NCBI GenBank assembly: GCA_951406725.2
Contig: OX597821.1
Location: forward strand, 73,966,001-74,030,000
Length of the DNA stretch: 64,000 bases
Reading direction: 5' to 3'
Origin: Octopus vulgaris
Taxonomy: Eukaryota
In this document: positions 26,583 through 40,295 of the stretch, piece by piece
Layout: each line of letters opens with the position of its first letter
Position numbering within the stretch: the first letter of the stretch is position 1
Position numbers and translations under genes: made by a program
Notes under the pieces: model-generated
Databases searched by the model: none
What the model saw: only the letters and a program-made list of their open reading frames with translations
Told to the model about the DNA's origin: nothing

Positions 26583-27279
26583 CACACACACACCCACACC
26601 CACACACACAGAAATGTGGTTGGGATGCAAACGTCTTACCTCACAGCCACGTTTCTGCCTTCTGTCAACTAAGATCTTCATTTTCTACCGAATTCCATTC
26701 CGGGAATTGTATTATAATGAGAATCGGTTGTTCCTAGATGTAAAAGCATGAACACCCGACGTGCAAGTCATCATTTCCGCACGATTTAATAATTTCTGTC
26801 ATGAAATTTTAACTTTCGCATTGCCATTACAATCTCAATCTAACAACGGTTGTCTGCTGTGTATTTCTATGGTTTGATAGTTTCATAGTTTCATATTGAC
26901 CGATTGGTTGTTATTGTAACTATGCGTTTATTGTTTGGAGGCATACATACCTGTTTGGTTTTATGTGACGTAGTCATCCATTTTGTGATCAGCGAGCCTT
27001 TTGTTATGCTAGCTTATTATAGTATAAAGAATATATGGTTTGTGTCATCTTAGCAGGTGCGACACCTGTTATATATTTGTTGTATGTGTGTGTGTGGTGG
27101 GTTGGGTGGTGTTGATTTTCTATTGCTTAACAGCCTGTTCTATTAATCTATGAAGCATTAATTGTTAGCAAAGACACATGATTTCGTTTTGGAACCAGAG
27201 TATACGACCAAGTATATTGAAGGTTTACAACTCAATATTGTTCCTTGCTTTTGTGTTCTTATTCGTATGTTTATCGCAA

Positions 27280-27427
27280 CGGATTTTAGACAGACTTCAG
27301 AGCCAGCACTGGAAGTTACGACGTTTCGTATATGAATATGTTTATGCCAATAATTGTTCACATAAACGTATTCGTATACGAAACGACGTATTTTTCAGTG
27401 CTGGCTCTGCAGTCCATCGAAAATCTG
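27280..27427. repeat. Long imperfect palindrome (arms ~65 bp, 14 nt loop)
   Basis: CAGAGCCAGCACTG..GTTTATG pairs with CATAAAC..CAGTGCTGGCTCTG. Confidence 0.85.
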
Positions 27428-27747
27428 TAGAAATAACTTTAATAATCTATTAAGATGTCCATTATTAACGAATACTTCTTTTACGCGTCAAATTTAATGA
27501 ATGTAAACTTAAAACCTCACCAAAAAGGGATTCTATTACACATATTGGTATTTGTGGGGCAATTTCCTATCACCATATGAATATAAATGCTTATTTATTT
27601 TCTGGGTTCCTTATTCCTACATTTATATTTAAGACTATCAGCTTCTTCGCCTGTATCTGTCTGTGTGGTAAGCAGCTTGCTAACCAAACACATGGTTCTG
27701 GGTTCAGTCCCACTGCGTGGCACCTTGGGCAAGTGTCTCCTCCTCAT

Positions 27748-27821
<74 letters not shown>

Positions 27822-27851
27822 GTATATATATATAATGAGGAGGAGGGATAC

Positions 27852-27907
<56 letters not shown>

Positions 27908-28591
27908 ATTATGCAATAAAATCTGTTGCTCGAGGCGGCGTTATAGACGGAACTGAAAATTATGGCCACATTTTAGCATTTGTTTTCCGGTCTGTGAATA
28001 CGAATAAAAAAAAAACAGCCGCAAAATAAGGAAACCTAACATTTGCAGTTGTAATTCTATTTAGACAAATAGACTGTTGCAGCTTCTTCCTGTCTAGAAA
28101 CATATATTGAGAGTGAATCATAGAAAAGTAATTGTTTGGCCTTTAGAAGAACGGGAGTATCAATAAAAGATTTGACAAAATAGATATAGGTCCGATAATC
28201 CAACTTATTACGTGTAAATGTATGCAGAGGCATAGTTGTGTCGGGTTGCTGGCGTGTGGGAGTAAGTGAAATGCACCCTTATGGTACGCAAATACTCCAG
28301 TACATAATGCATTTCATGTATCATTTATATTCAGAAGTTAGAGAACATTCTCCATTTTGTTTATTTTGTGCAACCCACTTTAAGTTATATTTCTATTTAA
28401 AACCCCCAACCTATTTTACATTTCAAATTATGCATAACAAGACTACGTAATGCAGTATGAATTAATTATTTAATCCACATTGGCTACAACACACGTACTG
28501 TTATGCAAATTGGATACAACAGTTTGCCTTCATTCGATTTTGCATGCACTGTGAATATGTATATTCCTCCACTTGGTATTTGTATTGAATA

Positions 28592-28830
28592 AGGCGGCAA
28601 GCTGGCAGAAACGTTAGCACGCCGGGCGAAATGCGTAGCCGTATTTCGTCTGCCGTTACGTTCTGAGTTCAAATTCCGCCCAGGTCTACTTTGCCTTTCA
28701 TCCTTTCGGGTTCGATAAATTAAGTACCAGTTACATCACTGGTGTCGATATAATCAACTTAATCCGTTTGTCTGTCCTTGTTTGTCCTCTCTGTGTTTAG
28801 CCCCTTGTGGGTAGTAAAGAAATAGGTATT
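28592..28830 (+). mobile_element. SINE family A
   Basis: Matches the family consensus. Confidence 0.85.
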
Positions 28831-29198
28831 TGTATCGAATCCTTTTTAGATTCATTAACACACACACGCATACACCGACATATATATATTCTCGCTTCTT
28901 CTCGTTACTAGTAAATATTCTATTGAATAAGGTAACCCATTTTTACATCGAGACCACTCAGATTTCGATGGTATTTTTGACACCCTTTTAAGCACCAATG
29001 GAGATGGTATTTTTGACACCCTTTTAAGCACCAATGGAGAAATTGAACCGTTATCGATCTTAACAACCTAGTCTCTCGCTAGGAACTCCAAAATAAGCAA
29101 CACGAGGCCATCATAAAGAAATTTAACAAAGAATTAGTCGATAGGTTTTTACTGCGGAAATCGCTACAAAATACCGTCTTTCCTCCTCTTGTAAACAT

Positions 29199-29552
29199 AG
29201 GCGCAGGCGTGGCCGTGTTGTAAGAAGCTTGCTTCCCAGCCACATGGTTCCGGGTTCAGTCCCACTGAGTGGCACCTTGGGCAAGTGTCTCCTACTATAG
29301 CCTCGAGCCGACCAAAACCTAGTGAGGGAAATTGGTAGACGAAAACTGAAAGAAGCCCGTCGTATATATGTATATATCTGTATGTATGCGTGTGTATATG
29401 TTTGTGTGTCTGTGTTTGTTCCCCCAACATTGCTTGACAACCGATGGTGGTACGTTTACACCCCCGTAACTTAGCGGTACGGCAAAAGAGACCGACAGAA
29501 TAAGTACTAGCCTTACAAAGAATAAATCTTGGGATCGATTTACTCGACTAAA
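29199..29552 (+). mobile_element. SINE family B
   Basis: Matches the family consensus; 3' end truncated. Confidence 0.85.
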
Positions 29553-29574
29553 GAGAGTAAAAAGAAAAGAGAAG

Positions 29575-29622
29575 GTCTTACAGTTGTTTCCGGGATATTT
29601 TATATATCCCTTCATCGGAGAC
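29575..29622 (-). ncRNA. Hammerhead motif, U4C core, downstream of a PLE ORF remnant
   Basis: GTCT-CCGATGA-A-GGGATAT-ataaa-ATATCCC-G-GAAA-CAACTG-TA-AGAC. Confidence 0.65.
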
Positions 29623-30589
29623 GGTGTGAGAAAATGGTTAAGCAATAGTTAATTTAGATAAGATATAAAACAGAGAGTGAAGGGGAGGAAAATAGACGTG
29701 AGATATGCAGGGATATTGTGTCTGCAGATCCATTATTTAAGCAGAATGGTATACATATAAGATTCCTGTACCTTGTGAGTAAGTTCCAATAGTATTTAAA
29801 ATTGATCATTTCAAGCATAGAGTTTGTAGATAGTGCTATTGGATCGAGGGTTTTTTGTTAAAGTGACCTAAAAGTAGGGAATGTATTTGTAAGGTTAAAT
29901 TAAAACAAGAAGAGAGGAATAAAGAAAAGAAAAAGGAAAAAAGAACAAAAAGAGTTAATAAACAGATGAAGAGAGGGAAAGTGTACTGGTGGTCAGTCAA
30001 GATAAATTGATAGTAGGAATGAAGACGTGAAGGTGATAGAGAGAAAGATATGAGAGTGTAAAAAGATGATAGGGTAAAGAGTAAAGGAGTGTCAGATAGA
30101 AGGAATGGGGGTGGTAGAGAGAGAGAGGGATAATAGTGTAAAATGTAAAGGAGTGTCAGGTATGTAGTGATAGAGCCTAAGTGATGGGGAAGAGAGAGGT
30201 GGGTAGGAGTAGTAATATGGTGGAATGAAGAATTTGGGAATACAGGTTAGGTTCATTGGACAGGTCAATACTTAGTAGCAGACGAAAATATATGGGAAGA
30301 TGTATATTAAACATGTATATAGATATTTATACAGATATTCATATATAACAGCATTTATACATAAAACTCGTACTCATATGTATATGTACATATATACGCC
30401 CATATATACGTGTATCTGTATGTATTATCGCCCCTGCACACGCTGGTATATATACCTTGTATACATATATTCACATATACACACATGCATACACATATGC
30501 ATGCACGCATATGCACACGAATATAATTAAAAGGTTGTGATATTCAAGTATGGAAGAGGAATTAGATAGAGATTAGGGGTTAAAATGTA

Positions 30590-31060
30590 GATTTATAAGG
30601 TTATTGGGATTTCCTAAGGGGTATTGTGGAAATATACGGTATGGTCATTTAGGTATTTGGATTTGTTGTAGAATTTGAATGTGTGAAAAGAGCGGTGGTT
30701 GCATGTGCTTAGTGCCTCCTTATGTTTATTTAGCAGTGTTGGAGAGTTGTACTTTAATATGTGAAGTGCTTTCTTCAGGCAAAGCTTGCAGGTTGAGCAT
30801 TGACCTCGGTAGGGAAGCCCTGAATCCGGTATGGACCATGATAGGGTATAGGGTATAGGGTATATTTGTATTTTTGAGATGACGTATGTGGTTGGCGAGT
30901 CTTGTAGATTTACTGTGTTTATTGTATCTAAAAGAATGGAGGTGAGCGGCATATCGTTGCTTAAAATTTTTGGTTGTCCTTGATGATTGGTATTATTTTG
31001 TCGAAAATGTTTTTGCTTACCCTTCCTAGGTCGGATTTAGTGTGGCATATTAGGCTAAGC
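30590..31060 (-). mobile_element. Penelope-like element ORF remnant (RT fragment plus C-terminal part of the GIY-YIG domain)
   Basis: TKSDLGRVSKNIFDKII (PLE RT) and WSI..PYRG..CKLCL..ILKY..LLNKHKE..CNH (PLE endonuclease end). Internally deleted. Confidence 0.75.
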
Positions 31061-31342
31061 ATAAAATAAATATAAGTACATATACGCATACGCATACAAA
31101 CATGCGCACATAAATACATAAGTGTGTGTGTGTGTTTGTGTGTGTCTGTGTTTGTGTCTTCATCACTATTTGACAACCGGTGTAGGTTTGCTTGCGACTC
31201 CGTTACTTAGCGGTTCGACAAGAAAGCGATAGAATAAATAGCAAGCGTAAAATATAAGTGCTGGGGTGAACTTTTTCTGCCAAAGATTCTTCAGGTTTCT
31301 GCTCCAGCATAGCCGCAGCTTAATGAGTGAAACACTAAAAAG

Positions 31343-31395
<53 letters not shown>

Positions 31396-31425
31396 CACAC
31401 ATGCATACACATATATATGTGTGAA

Positions 31426-31480
<55 letters not shown>

Positions 31481-31562
31481 GTATATATGATATATATATT
31501 TATACATACATACATATATACATACACATACATATATACATTCATGTATATTATATGTATCT

Positions 31563-31602
<40 letters not shown>

Positions 31603-31754
31603 TATATCTATATACATATATATGTATATATATATACACATATACATATACATACATACATGCATGCATACATACATACATACATACATACATACATACA
31701 TACATACATACTTACATATATATATATATGTGTGTGTGTGTATGTGTGCGTGAT

Positions 31755-32100
31755 ATGGCACCTTGGACAAGTGTCTTCCACTATAGCCTCAGGCCAACCA
31801 AGCCTTGTGAGTGGATTTGGTAAATGGAAACTGAAAGAAGCCTGTCGTATATATGTATGTATATATATATATGCATGTATATATATGTATGTATTCCTTT
31901 GTCTGTGTTCGTCCCCCGATCACCGCTTCATAACCGATGTTGGTGTGTTTACGTCCCCATGACTTAGTGGTTCGGTAAAATGGACCGATAGAATAAGTAC
32001 TAGGTTTATAAAGAATAAGTCCTGGGGCTCGATTTGTTCGATTAAATGCGGTGCTCCAGCATGGCCGCAGTCAAAATGATTGACACGGTTAAAAGAACAA
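31755..32100 (+). mobile_element. SINE family B, 5' truncated (another 3' half at 31140-31335)
   Basis: Sequence match to other copies. Confidence 0.8.
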
Positions 32101-32518
32101 GAGAATATGTTCTTGCACGTGAGTAATTATGTTGTGTCTGAGAGTGTATGCGGAAGAATACATTTGAAAGCTTATAATGAAGACCACTACCACCACCACC
32201 AACAACAACAACAACTTCAGCAGAAACAGGTAGAGAAAGACCCGTCACTGATGACGGAAGAGTCGTGCGTTCCGTCAAGACAGAGGAGGTATTGTTAACG
32301 TAAGCAGCAAATAGTGAAAAGCTCAAGCCAGCCTTCTGCGTGTGGGATCCAGTGTTCGCTGCTCATTGCACCATGCAATGAGGTGATAAAGTTCAAATGT
32401 GGGTTTCTATTTATCTGGCGCTTCCTGTGGGAAAAAAAACCAAGACTTGGAGCGAGAAGACCATGTGAAAAACTTATACCTCTTTTCCGTCACTAAACTA
32501 TTGAAATACGCATGCACG

Positions 32519-32559
<41 letters not shown>

Positions 32560-32736
32560 TCGCACACACATTCACTCATACAAACACACAGATGAACTCA
32601 CAGACACACACATAATGCGCTTTCAGTCACATGTGTCAGTGTATACACACACAAATACACACACACACACACACACATATATATGTATGTGCGTGTATGT
32701 GTGGTATGTTTATGAGTCCATGCATGTTTATTTGTT

Positions 32737-32767
<31 letters not shown>

Positions 32768-34406
32768 TCGCATATGTGATATATATATATATATATATAT
32801 ATAGTGCCAGAGGGAATGTAGTGACGTTGATTACTAATATTAATAAGAGGTCCGAGAAAAGTAACCCCCGCACGAGTACGGTTTATTGGTAGCCATTTGG
32901 CAACACATCTATGTACCTTGTAAGAACATAATGCCTTATTTTAGTACATTCTAATAAAGAATGGACTAAACAGAACAGAAACAGACACGGTGGATGGAGT
33001 GCCGCTGAAGAGGTTACAAGATGTGTGATGCTTTTTGAGTAGTAATAGCACTAATATAAATTTAGACCGTCTGATCATTCAGAGTAGATGTACAAATGCT
33101 TGTATGTGGATAAACGTGTACGTACGTGCGTACACGTATATCGACATGCGTATACGTATGCATGCATGCATGCATGTATGTATGTGTGTATGTATGTTCG
33201 TTGTTTTGTTATTATGTGGCTAAACAAGAAAAGAATGCATTATATAAAAACTGTCAGTGGTTTATCGATCAGGTTCTGAACCAGCTGCGGATCACTTTGA
33301 ACTACATAAGACAAAAAAGAAATCAGTCAGAGGTATTTTTATTTATTTATTTCCCTTTGTCACCAATATGTTTACTCATTAATATCGATGTTTACAATTT
33401 TATTTGGCTATTTACGTCGACTGTTTATACGCTAGTAACAAATAGATACAGAGTGAATTGTTTTTTTTTCTCTGGGTGACAGTTGCGTATTTATTGCTGG
33501 TGTGGTAACGAGCTAAAGGAGGCGACAAGGATTTCAAAAGGAATTCTCTTGTGACTGAGACCTAAAATTCCACAGAACCATGGTGGTATAGAGTCATTCA
33601 ACATAGTAGAATTCGCTGCCAAATTTCCCTGAAATAATTACCTGGTTCCTAAAAGGGTTATATCGGAAAATGTAGTTCAAGATATGATTTTTTCCGAAAA
33701 ACACTTGAGTCGGTCGTGGCTGGGTTGTTTTTGACCATAGATTCGTTTGACTAGGATCGAATTTGGGCTGACAATATCTACAACACATACACTCAGATAC
33801 GTACACAAACGCATACACACACACGCGCGCGCATATAAACACATGCACACATACTACGAATCAGTATGCGATAACGGATACGATGATGATGATATTTCTC
33901 ACTTGGTGTGTGAATGAGTACAACTGAGCCGGTAACAAAAACCCGCATCACGAGTTAACAAAACATTAATTCTGCATGATCACTCTGTCTTTTAGCATGA
34001 ACTGAAACGTGTAACAAGATTAAATGCCTTCCCTGAAATACCAAAAAGTGTCTGTTGTGTATTCCACCTCACAACCCACGGAACACAATTCTCAATACTT
34101 TTATTCACACATGTTCTTTTCTGTTTTTTTTTTTTACAGTATTGAATAACGATTTCATTAGAACAATCACAAGGTCAACTTTCTTAAGTTATTAACAGTA
34201 ATAGCTAATTAACTGGAATTTAATTATTTATGATATCTATTTTATTGATCCTAGAAAGAGCGATAAGAACGTAAACACAACTACATACTCCACTAAGAAA
34301 TTTGGAATGCAGCTTGACTCTTCTCTTTATTTGTCGGCGTCCTCTAGATGTGGAATAAAATTTAAAGACGAATCTTCAAATCACGTTTAAATCTGAATTT
34401 ATAAAG

Positions 34407-35093
34407 CAGCGCTCTTTAAGCGTTTTTCATTCATGACCCCATTTTTCATCATAAGATGTTCCGCGACCCCAGGTATTAAATATGAAATAAAACATACAAA
34501 TAAATTCATTATTTTTGGTTAACAATATACTTATAAAAAAAAAATAATAAAATAAATGCGCCCTTTTAAAGCCTAGCCAGGCTCATGGGCCCGGTTTCAA
34601 TGGCGTATGTGTTTTCCAGCTGGACGGGACGCCAGTCCATCGCAGACTTATAAAAAAGCAGTTATATTATTTGTCAGAATAAAAGTAGTTTTAGGATTTT
34701 TTCCAAGTACAAAAACAAGCCAAAGTAAAGAAAAAAAAAAACATAAACCGAAGTAAAAACCAATGTGTCGGATGTGCTTTTTTTTGCTGCATAACAAATT
34801 AAACCTTAGCGTAATATTTGACACTGCTGGACATACAGTGTTTTCTACGTTTTTCAGCGTTGACCGATATTTGGTCTTAATAAGGGTTAAAGCTGAACAA
34901 GTCGTTTCACATAGGTATGTTGTGCTAAATGACAGAAGAACATGAAATGCCATTTCAGAAATAACATACAAACTGAAATCTGGGAAATAACATACAAACT
35001 GAAATTCAAATGTATGACTTTAATTTTCGCGACCCCAGTAATTTTGCTTTGCGATCCCATTTGGGGTCGCGACCCATAGTTTAAGAAGCACTG
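34407..35093 (-). mobile_element. Internally deleted hAT (Charlie-like) DNA transposon
   Basis: CAGCG..CACTG ends, 8 bp TSD TTATAAAG/TTACAAAG, and minus-strand peptide LLSFSTTYLCETTCSALTLIKTKYRSTL matching the hAT C-terminal dimerisation domain. Confidence 0.85.
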
Positions 35094-35503
35094 TTACAAA
35101 GGAAGGTCGTCTTTGATATTTTAATCATCACTACACCAATGCCGACTGGATTTGCCTGAACGCATATTTTGTAACATAGATAGTCAGCATAAACATACAC
35201 ACACACACACATACATATTTAATTAAAGTATATATTTAGTCTCATCTACATTTTAAAGATCTTATTTCGTAGACACCGTAGTTGAACCATAGGCTTTACG
35301 GCAGCCTGGAATGATGATTAAGCCTGATAAATCTAGTTTCGTCAACAATTACTGAAACAACACAGCTCGCTTATACAAACAAATATACATTCACTTATAT
35401 GTATATGTATATATGTATATATATATTTTTCTCAATATATATATATATTGAGAATAACAAGCTAGTCAGAATGTTGGATGATTAAATATATTTTTATTTA
35501 CAT

Positions 35504-35542
35504 TTTTTAGCGCTTTCTTCCGTTATCGGATTTATCAACAAA
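35504..35542 (-). ncRNA. Minimal hammerhead, U3-A8 core
   Basis: TTT-G-TTGATAA-A-TCCG-ataa-CGGA-A-GAAA-GCGC-TA-AAA; palindromic AGCGCT. Confidence 0.55.
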
Positions 35543-35796
35543 GTGGTTTATAGCAAGTTTGCTTCAAATTTTTATATAAAATTGAAACCGATGGTGTTTT
35601 AGACAAAGAGGGGGAGAGAGAAAAAGGGAGAGAAGGGGAGGGAAGGAAGGAGGAAGGGAGGGGGAGAGAGACTACCTTGTTAGTCTCAATATATAATATC
35701 TGTACATTACTTCAAAAACCCATTCTCCCCCCTCTCTCTCTATATATATATTAATTGGGCTCCCAGCATGGCCACAGCCCTTGAGCTGAAACTAGA

Positions 35797-35828
<32 letters not shown>

Positions 35829-35837
35829 GTGTACATA

Positions 35838-35930
<93 letters not shown>

Positions 35931-35994
35931 ACTACGCACGCACACGAACATACACGGGAACTCACACACACACACACACGCACGCATACACGTT

Positions 35995-36545
35995 CACCCG
36001 ATATACAAAAGATATGCAGCCCATATGAAATAAGGGTAGTATTCAAGAGTAATACAACTCTTCGCAAATATCTCCTTCGAGTAAAACCACCAATAGAAGA
36101 GAATATGGCCAAGAACTGCTTGTACTCCATCCAATGCAGCTGTGGTAGGTTATACAAAGGTGAAAAATGCCACCCCATCAAAATAAGGGTAGACGAACAT
36201 TGCAAAGCTATGACACTGGGAGATATTGATAAATCGGTTATATAGCTGATCATGTATGGAAAAACAGAATCCACCTACCCCTGTGGAATGAAGTTAAAAT
36301 AATAGACAGGGAACACCACTGGAAAATACGAAAATTAAAAGAAGCAGCACATATGCTAGGACACAACAACCTCCTAAGCAGACCGAGTGCAGATATGAAT
36401 AGCATATTGGAACCGGTATTAAGGAAGGCTAGGAAAATATTAGATTTATAAGCCCTAAAATTTACTCCATAATTGCCCACGGGCATATGGCGTTAAGAGC
36501 GCAGGCTACTAACTCCAAAATTCCGAGTTTGATTCCAGGCAGTGA

Positions 36546-36550
<5 letters not shown>
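35995..36550 (+). mobile_element. Penelope-like element 3' end: GIY-YIG endonuclease remnant followed by a tRNA-like segment and (AAT)n
   Basis: NCLYSIQCSCGRLYKGE..IRVDEH..KS, then after a frameshift ADHVW..HLPLWNEVKIIDREHHWKIRKLKEAAH. Confidence 0.85.
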
Positions 36551-36615
<65 letters not shown>

Positions 36616-38294
36616 CACAAATCCGGTGTTTCTCATAGAAGGGGTCCGGACAAATTGTTGCTGTGTCGAATTAGTTCCATTAAAATGGTTTTTCAACATT
36701 TTAAACTCCTTCAAGACCATGGCGAAAAATATTAATTCTTTGGATACAAGAATAATTCGAGGGACCATATTTATTGTCTTCATTCATAAAGTGACATGTG
36801 TGTGAATGTGTGAGTGAATGTGTGTGTGTGCGTGTATGATTGTGCTAAACCTTCGCTATTATTTTGGGGAATTTGGTATTCAATTGTTTTAGAACCGTTG
36901 TACAAATCGATTGAAGCCATTTTATTGTTGCGAGGCACCATCCAGGTAAATGACTCCACTGACCGTGGTGCGGATTTAAATATTGAGCTCACCCAATAAG
37001 AGAAAACAAGGTTGTTCATTTCGAACGATGAAATATAAGTTCTAAATTTCGATGTTGAATTATTAAATGCATGGGGGTTTCCAGTCAAATAAGAAATCAC
37101 CAATTCTACCATGTTCAGTTAGAAAGGTGTAAATTTGAAGTAATTTATGAGTAGAAGCAGACACCAATCTGACCCTTTTTATTGCTATTTAGGTCAATGC
37201 TTTTGAATAGTTTTTTTTTTATCAGTGTCAGATGATATCTTTATCTCCATTTTGTTTTACATAGAATAAAATGAAGCCGAACAGGATAATAAAACATTTT
37301 ATTTTTTTTATTTCCTTTTAATTAACCACAAAGTACAATTACTTTATATTATTTAGCAGCCACATCAAATATCATTTTATCGAAATAAACATTATCATGT
37401 GAAAAATTGATTCGTTGTCTGAGCATAATTTATATTGCCTGTCGGTTCATATCGAATTATGTCTCTGAGCATAATTCCATCTTTGACCCACTGCCAAGCG
37501 TTGTCAATACCGCAAAGGCTGTCAAAATTTCTCGTCAAATAATAAAAAAAAAATGTCTGGCAAGCAATGAAAGGAATTCTCTGTAAAGCTGATAGAGTTT
37601 AGCCGGAAGCGGAACAGATTCATTTGTCTGCTGTGCTCCTTTTTTTTTTTTTTTTCTCCATCTTCATAAAAAAATGTAGAACTGAATGGATAAATGATAA
37701 AAATCACAAAAGAAAAGGAAAGAAGCAAAACAAACAAAAAACAAAAACGATGGAAAAAATATAGACAATGAGAAACTAGGATGGTTGTGAAAGGAAATAG
37801 AAGATAGGAAAAAAAAAATATATATGTACATATATAGAAAAAAGTTGTACGAAAAAAGGAAACTTAGAATATTAATATTTTTCTTCGCCTTTCATTTCTG
37901 ACCCGAGGATATCATTGTGAGAAATGACATATTCCACCTGGGGCAATTATACCATTTTCACTAATGAATGATGACAGCAAATAAAAATGGATTTCATGAC
38001 CAAAAGGATCTGTTCACTAACCTTTAGTCTTGCCGTTCTCCATCAGGTCAAGGGCTTGGATAACTGAAGGGGATCGTTTAGAAATACAGCTATAACGGGG
38101 AAAAAAATAAATAAAATATAATAAAGGCTTACTTCTTGACTTTAGCAGACTGCAGTAAACATCTTGGGAATATTTGGCTCATGAACTGACATTATTTCGA
38201 CGTTTCATATTCTAATCTAGGCTATCATGTATTTCTAATGCAGAGGATTAGAACGAACTAATCAAATTAACTGGAGTAATAATTGAGATTTGTA

Positions 38295-39120
38295 AGGCAG
38301 CGCGCTGGCAGAAACGTTAGCACGCCGGGCGAAACGCTCAGCAGTATTTCGTCTCTCTTTATGTTCTGAGTTCAAATTCCGCCGAGGTCGACATTGCCTT
38401 TCATCCTTGCGGGGTCGATAAATTAAGTACCAGTTACGTACTGGGGTTGAGCTAATCCACTGGCCCCCTCTCACAAAAATTTGAGCCTTGTGTCTAGAGT
38501 AGAGAAGAATATTTTTAAGGGCGGCGAGCTGGCAGAAACGTTAGCACGCCGGGCGAAATGCGTAGCCGTATTTCGTCTGCCTTTACGCTCTGAGTTCAAA
38601 TTCCGCCGAGGTCGACTTTGCCTTTCATCCTTTCGGGGTCGATTAAATAAGTACCAGTTACGCACTGGGGTCGATATAATCGACTTAATCCGTTTGTCTG
38701 TCCTTGTTTGTTCCCTCTGTGTTTATGCCCTTGTCGGTAGTAAAGAAATAGGTATTTCGTCTGCCTTTACGCTTTGAGTTCAAATTCCGCCGAGGTCGAC
38801 TTTGCCTTTCATCCTTTCGGGGTCGATAAATTAATTACCAGTTACGAACTGGGGTCTATATAATCGACTTAATCCGTCTGTCTGTCCTTGTTTGTCTCCT
38901 CTGTGTGTAGCCCCTTGTGGGTAGTAAAGAAATAGGCATTCCCTCTGCCGTTACGTTTGAGTTCAAATTCCGCCGAGGTCGACTTTGCCTTTCATCCTTT
39001 CGGGGTCGATAAATTAAGTACCATTTACGCACTGGGGTCGAGCTAATCAACTTAATCTGTTTGTCTGTTATTGTTGTCCTCTCTATGTTTAGCCCCTTGT
39101 GGGCAGTAAAGAAATAAATA
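38295..39120 (+). mobile_element. Tandem array of SINE family A units (4 cores)
   Basis: GAGTTCAAATTCCGCCGAGGTCGAC recurs at about 38368, 38592, 38777 and 38959. Confidence 0.9.
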
Positions 39121-39354
39121 TTTGAGATTTGTTTTCGAAGAATATTTAGACTTTGCGGCAATGTATTAACAAGATGTTTCCTGTTAATTCACATATTTTT
39201 GTAGATCTGTATTCCATTTCCTGCCAGAGTGAAATTGCCATTTCGACACATATTCTACTGAGTTTTTCTCTTTTATCTCTTTTATCAAATTTCTTCCCGC
39301 AATAATTTATAGAGTTCATGCGAGCAACAACTGATCACAACACACACACACACA

Positions 39355-39435
<81 letters not shown>

Positions 39436-39516
39436 ATGTAAACCTTTAACGGCATTGTCAATGTTATAGGTAACTATTCTCGTTAAAATCATCTTTATCA
39501 TAAAACTCACAATGGA

Positions 39517-40105
39517 CAGGGCCGTCGTCAAGCCCCTGGAACCTCTGCAGGGGGCCTCCGCGGTTGAGGTGTCCCATGTTAAGATCAAAGTACGTAGATG
39601 AGTCATCTATTTACTTTGGTTAAGATGTTGAACAAGAAATTAAACTATGTTAACTCAAAATCTCAAGAAATAAAATAGTAATACATTGTACCTGCAAAAG
39701 TTCTTGTAAAAATATTAACATTGTACCACGAACGTGTACCAGACTTTGTGGATTGTCTATGAAATCTATTGAACATGAACTTAGCTCTCAGCTTGATTAT
39801 TCTGAACTGATCGATGATTTCAGGTAGCGAAAAGTGCACCGTGTTTGTCTTTGAAAGTTTCCTGGATTATAAAAATGCTCTTCTATTTATATCTGGAAAT
39901 TTTACTTGTTGAAATTTGTAAACAAATTTAACTTCTTGTACTTTTAAAGATGTTCTTTATGATAACGTGAAATACTGAATCTGAGATAGAATAAAGTAAA
40001 ATATAGCTATGAATAAAAGGTGCGTAGATTGTGAATTTTGATTGAAGGAATGGGGCCCCGAAACAAAAAGTTGCAGGGTCCTCTAAAAGTCAGGCGATGG
40101 GGCTG
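39517..40105 (+). mobile_element. Internally deleted hAT (Ac/Tip100-like) transposon
   Basis: CAGGGCCGTCG / CGATGGGGCTG ends, TSD ACAATGGA/CCAATGGA, and the hAT C-terminal peptide LSMKSIEHELSSQLDYSELIDDF. Confidence 0.8.
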
Positions 40106-40252
40106 CCAATGGATTCCATTGTAAGTATATTTAGTTCTATATTCTGTTTTATTACATTATACACTCTCTATTTTAATACTATATATCTATATTAATATTG
40201 TATTAATTCCTCATCTGCTCCTCTTCAGGTTTTTATACAGTCATCATTTGTT

Positions 40253-40295
40253 GTATCGATTTAAATTACGGAATGAACCTCCTTATCAATGACAC
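40253..40295 (-). ncRNA. Hammerhead-like motif, U3-A8 core, GUAA instead of GAAA
   Basis: GTGTC-A-TTGATAA-GGAG..TTCC-GTAA-TTTAAA-TC-GATAC; palindromic ATTTAAAT. Confidence 0.45.

Noticed and set aside
32248-32285. CTGATGA followed by a hairpin
   Set aside because: No GAAA box after the stem (TCAAG instead), so it is not a hammerhead.
38295-39120. Regularly spaced repeats resembling a CRISPR array
   Set aside because: Units are ~150-230 bp SINE copies without unique spacers; eukaryotic context and no cas genes.
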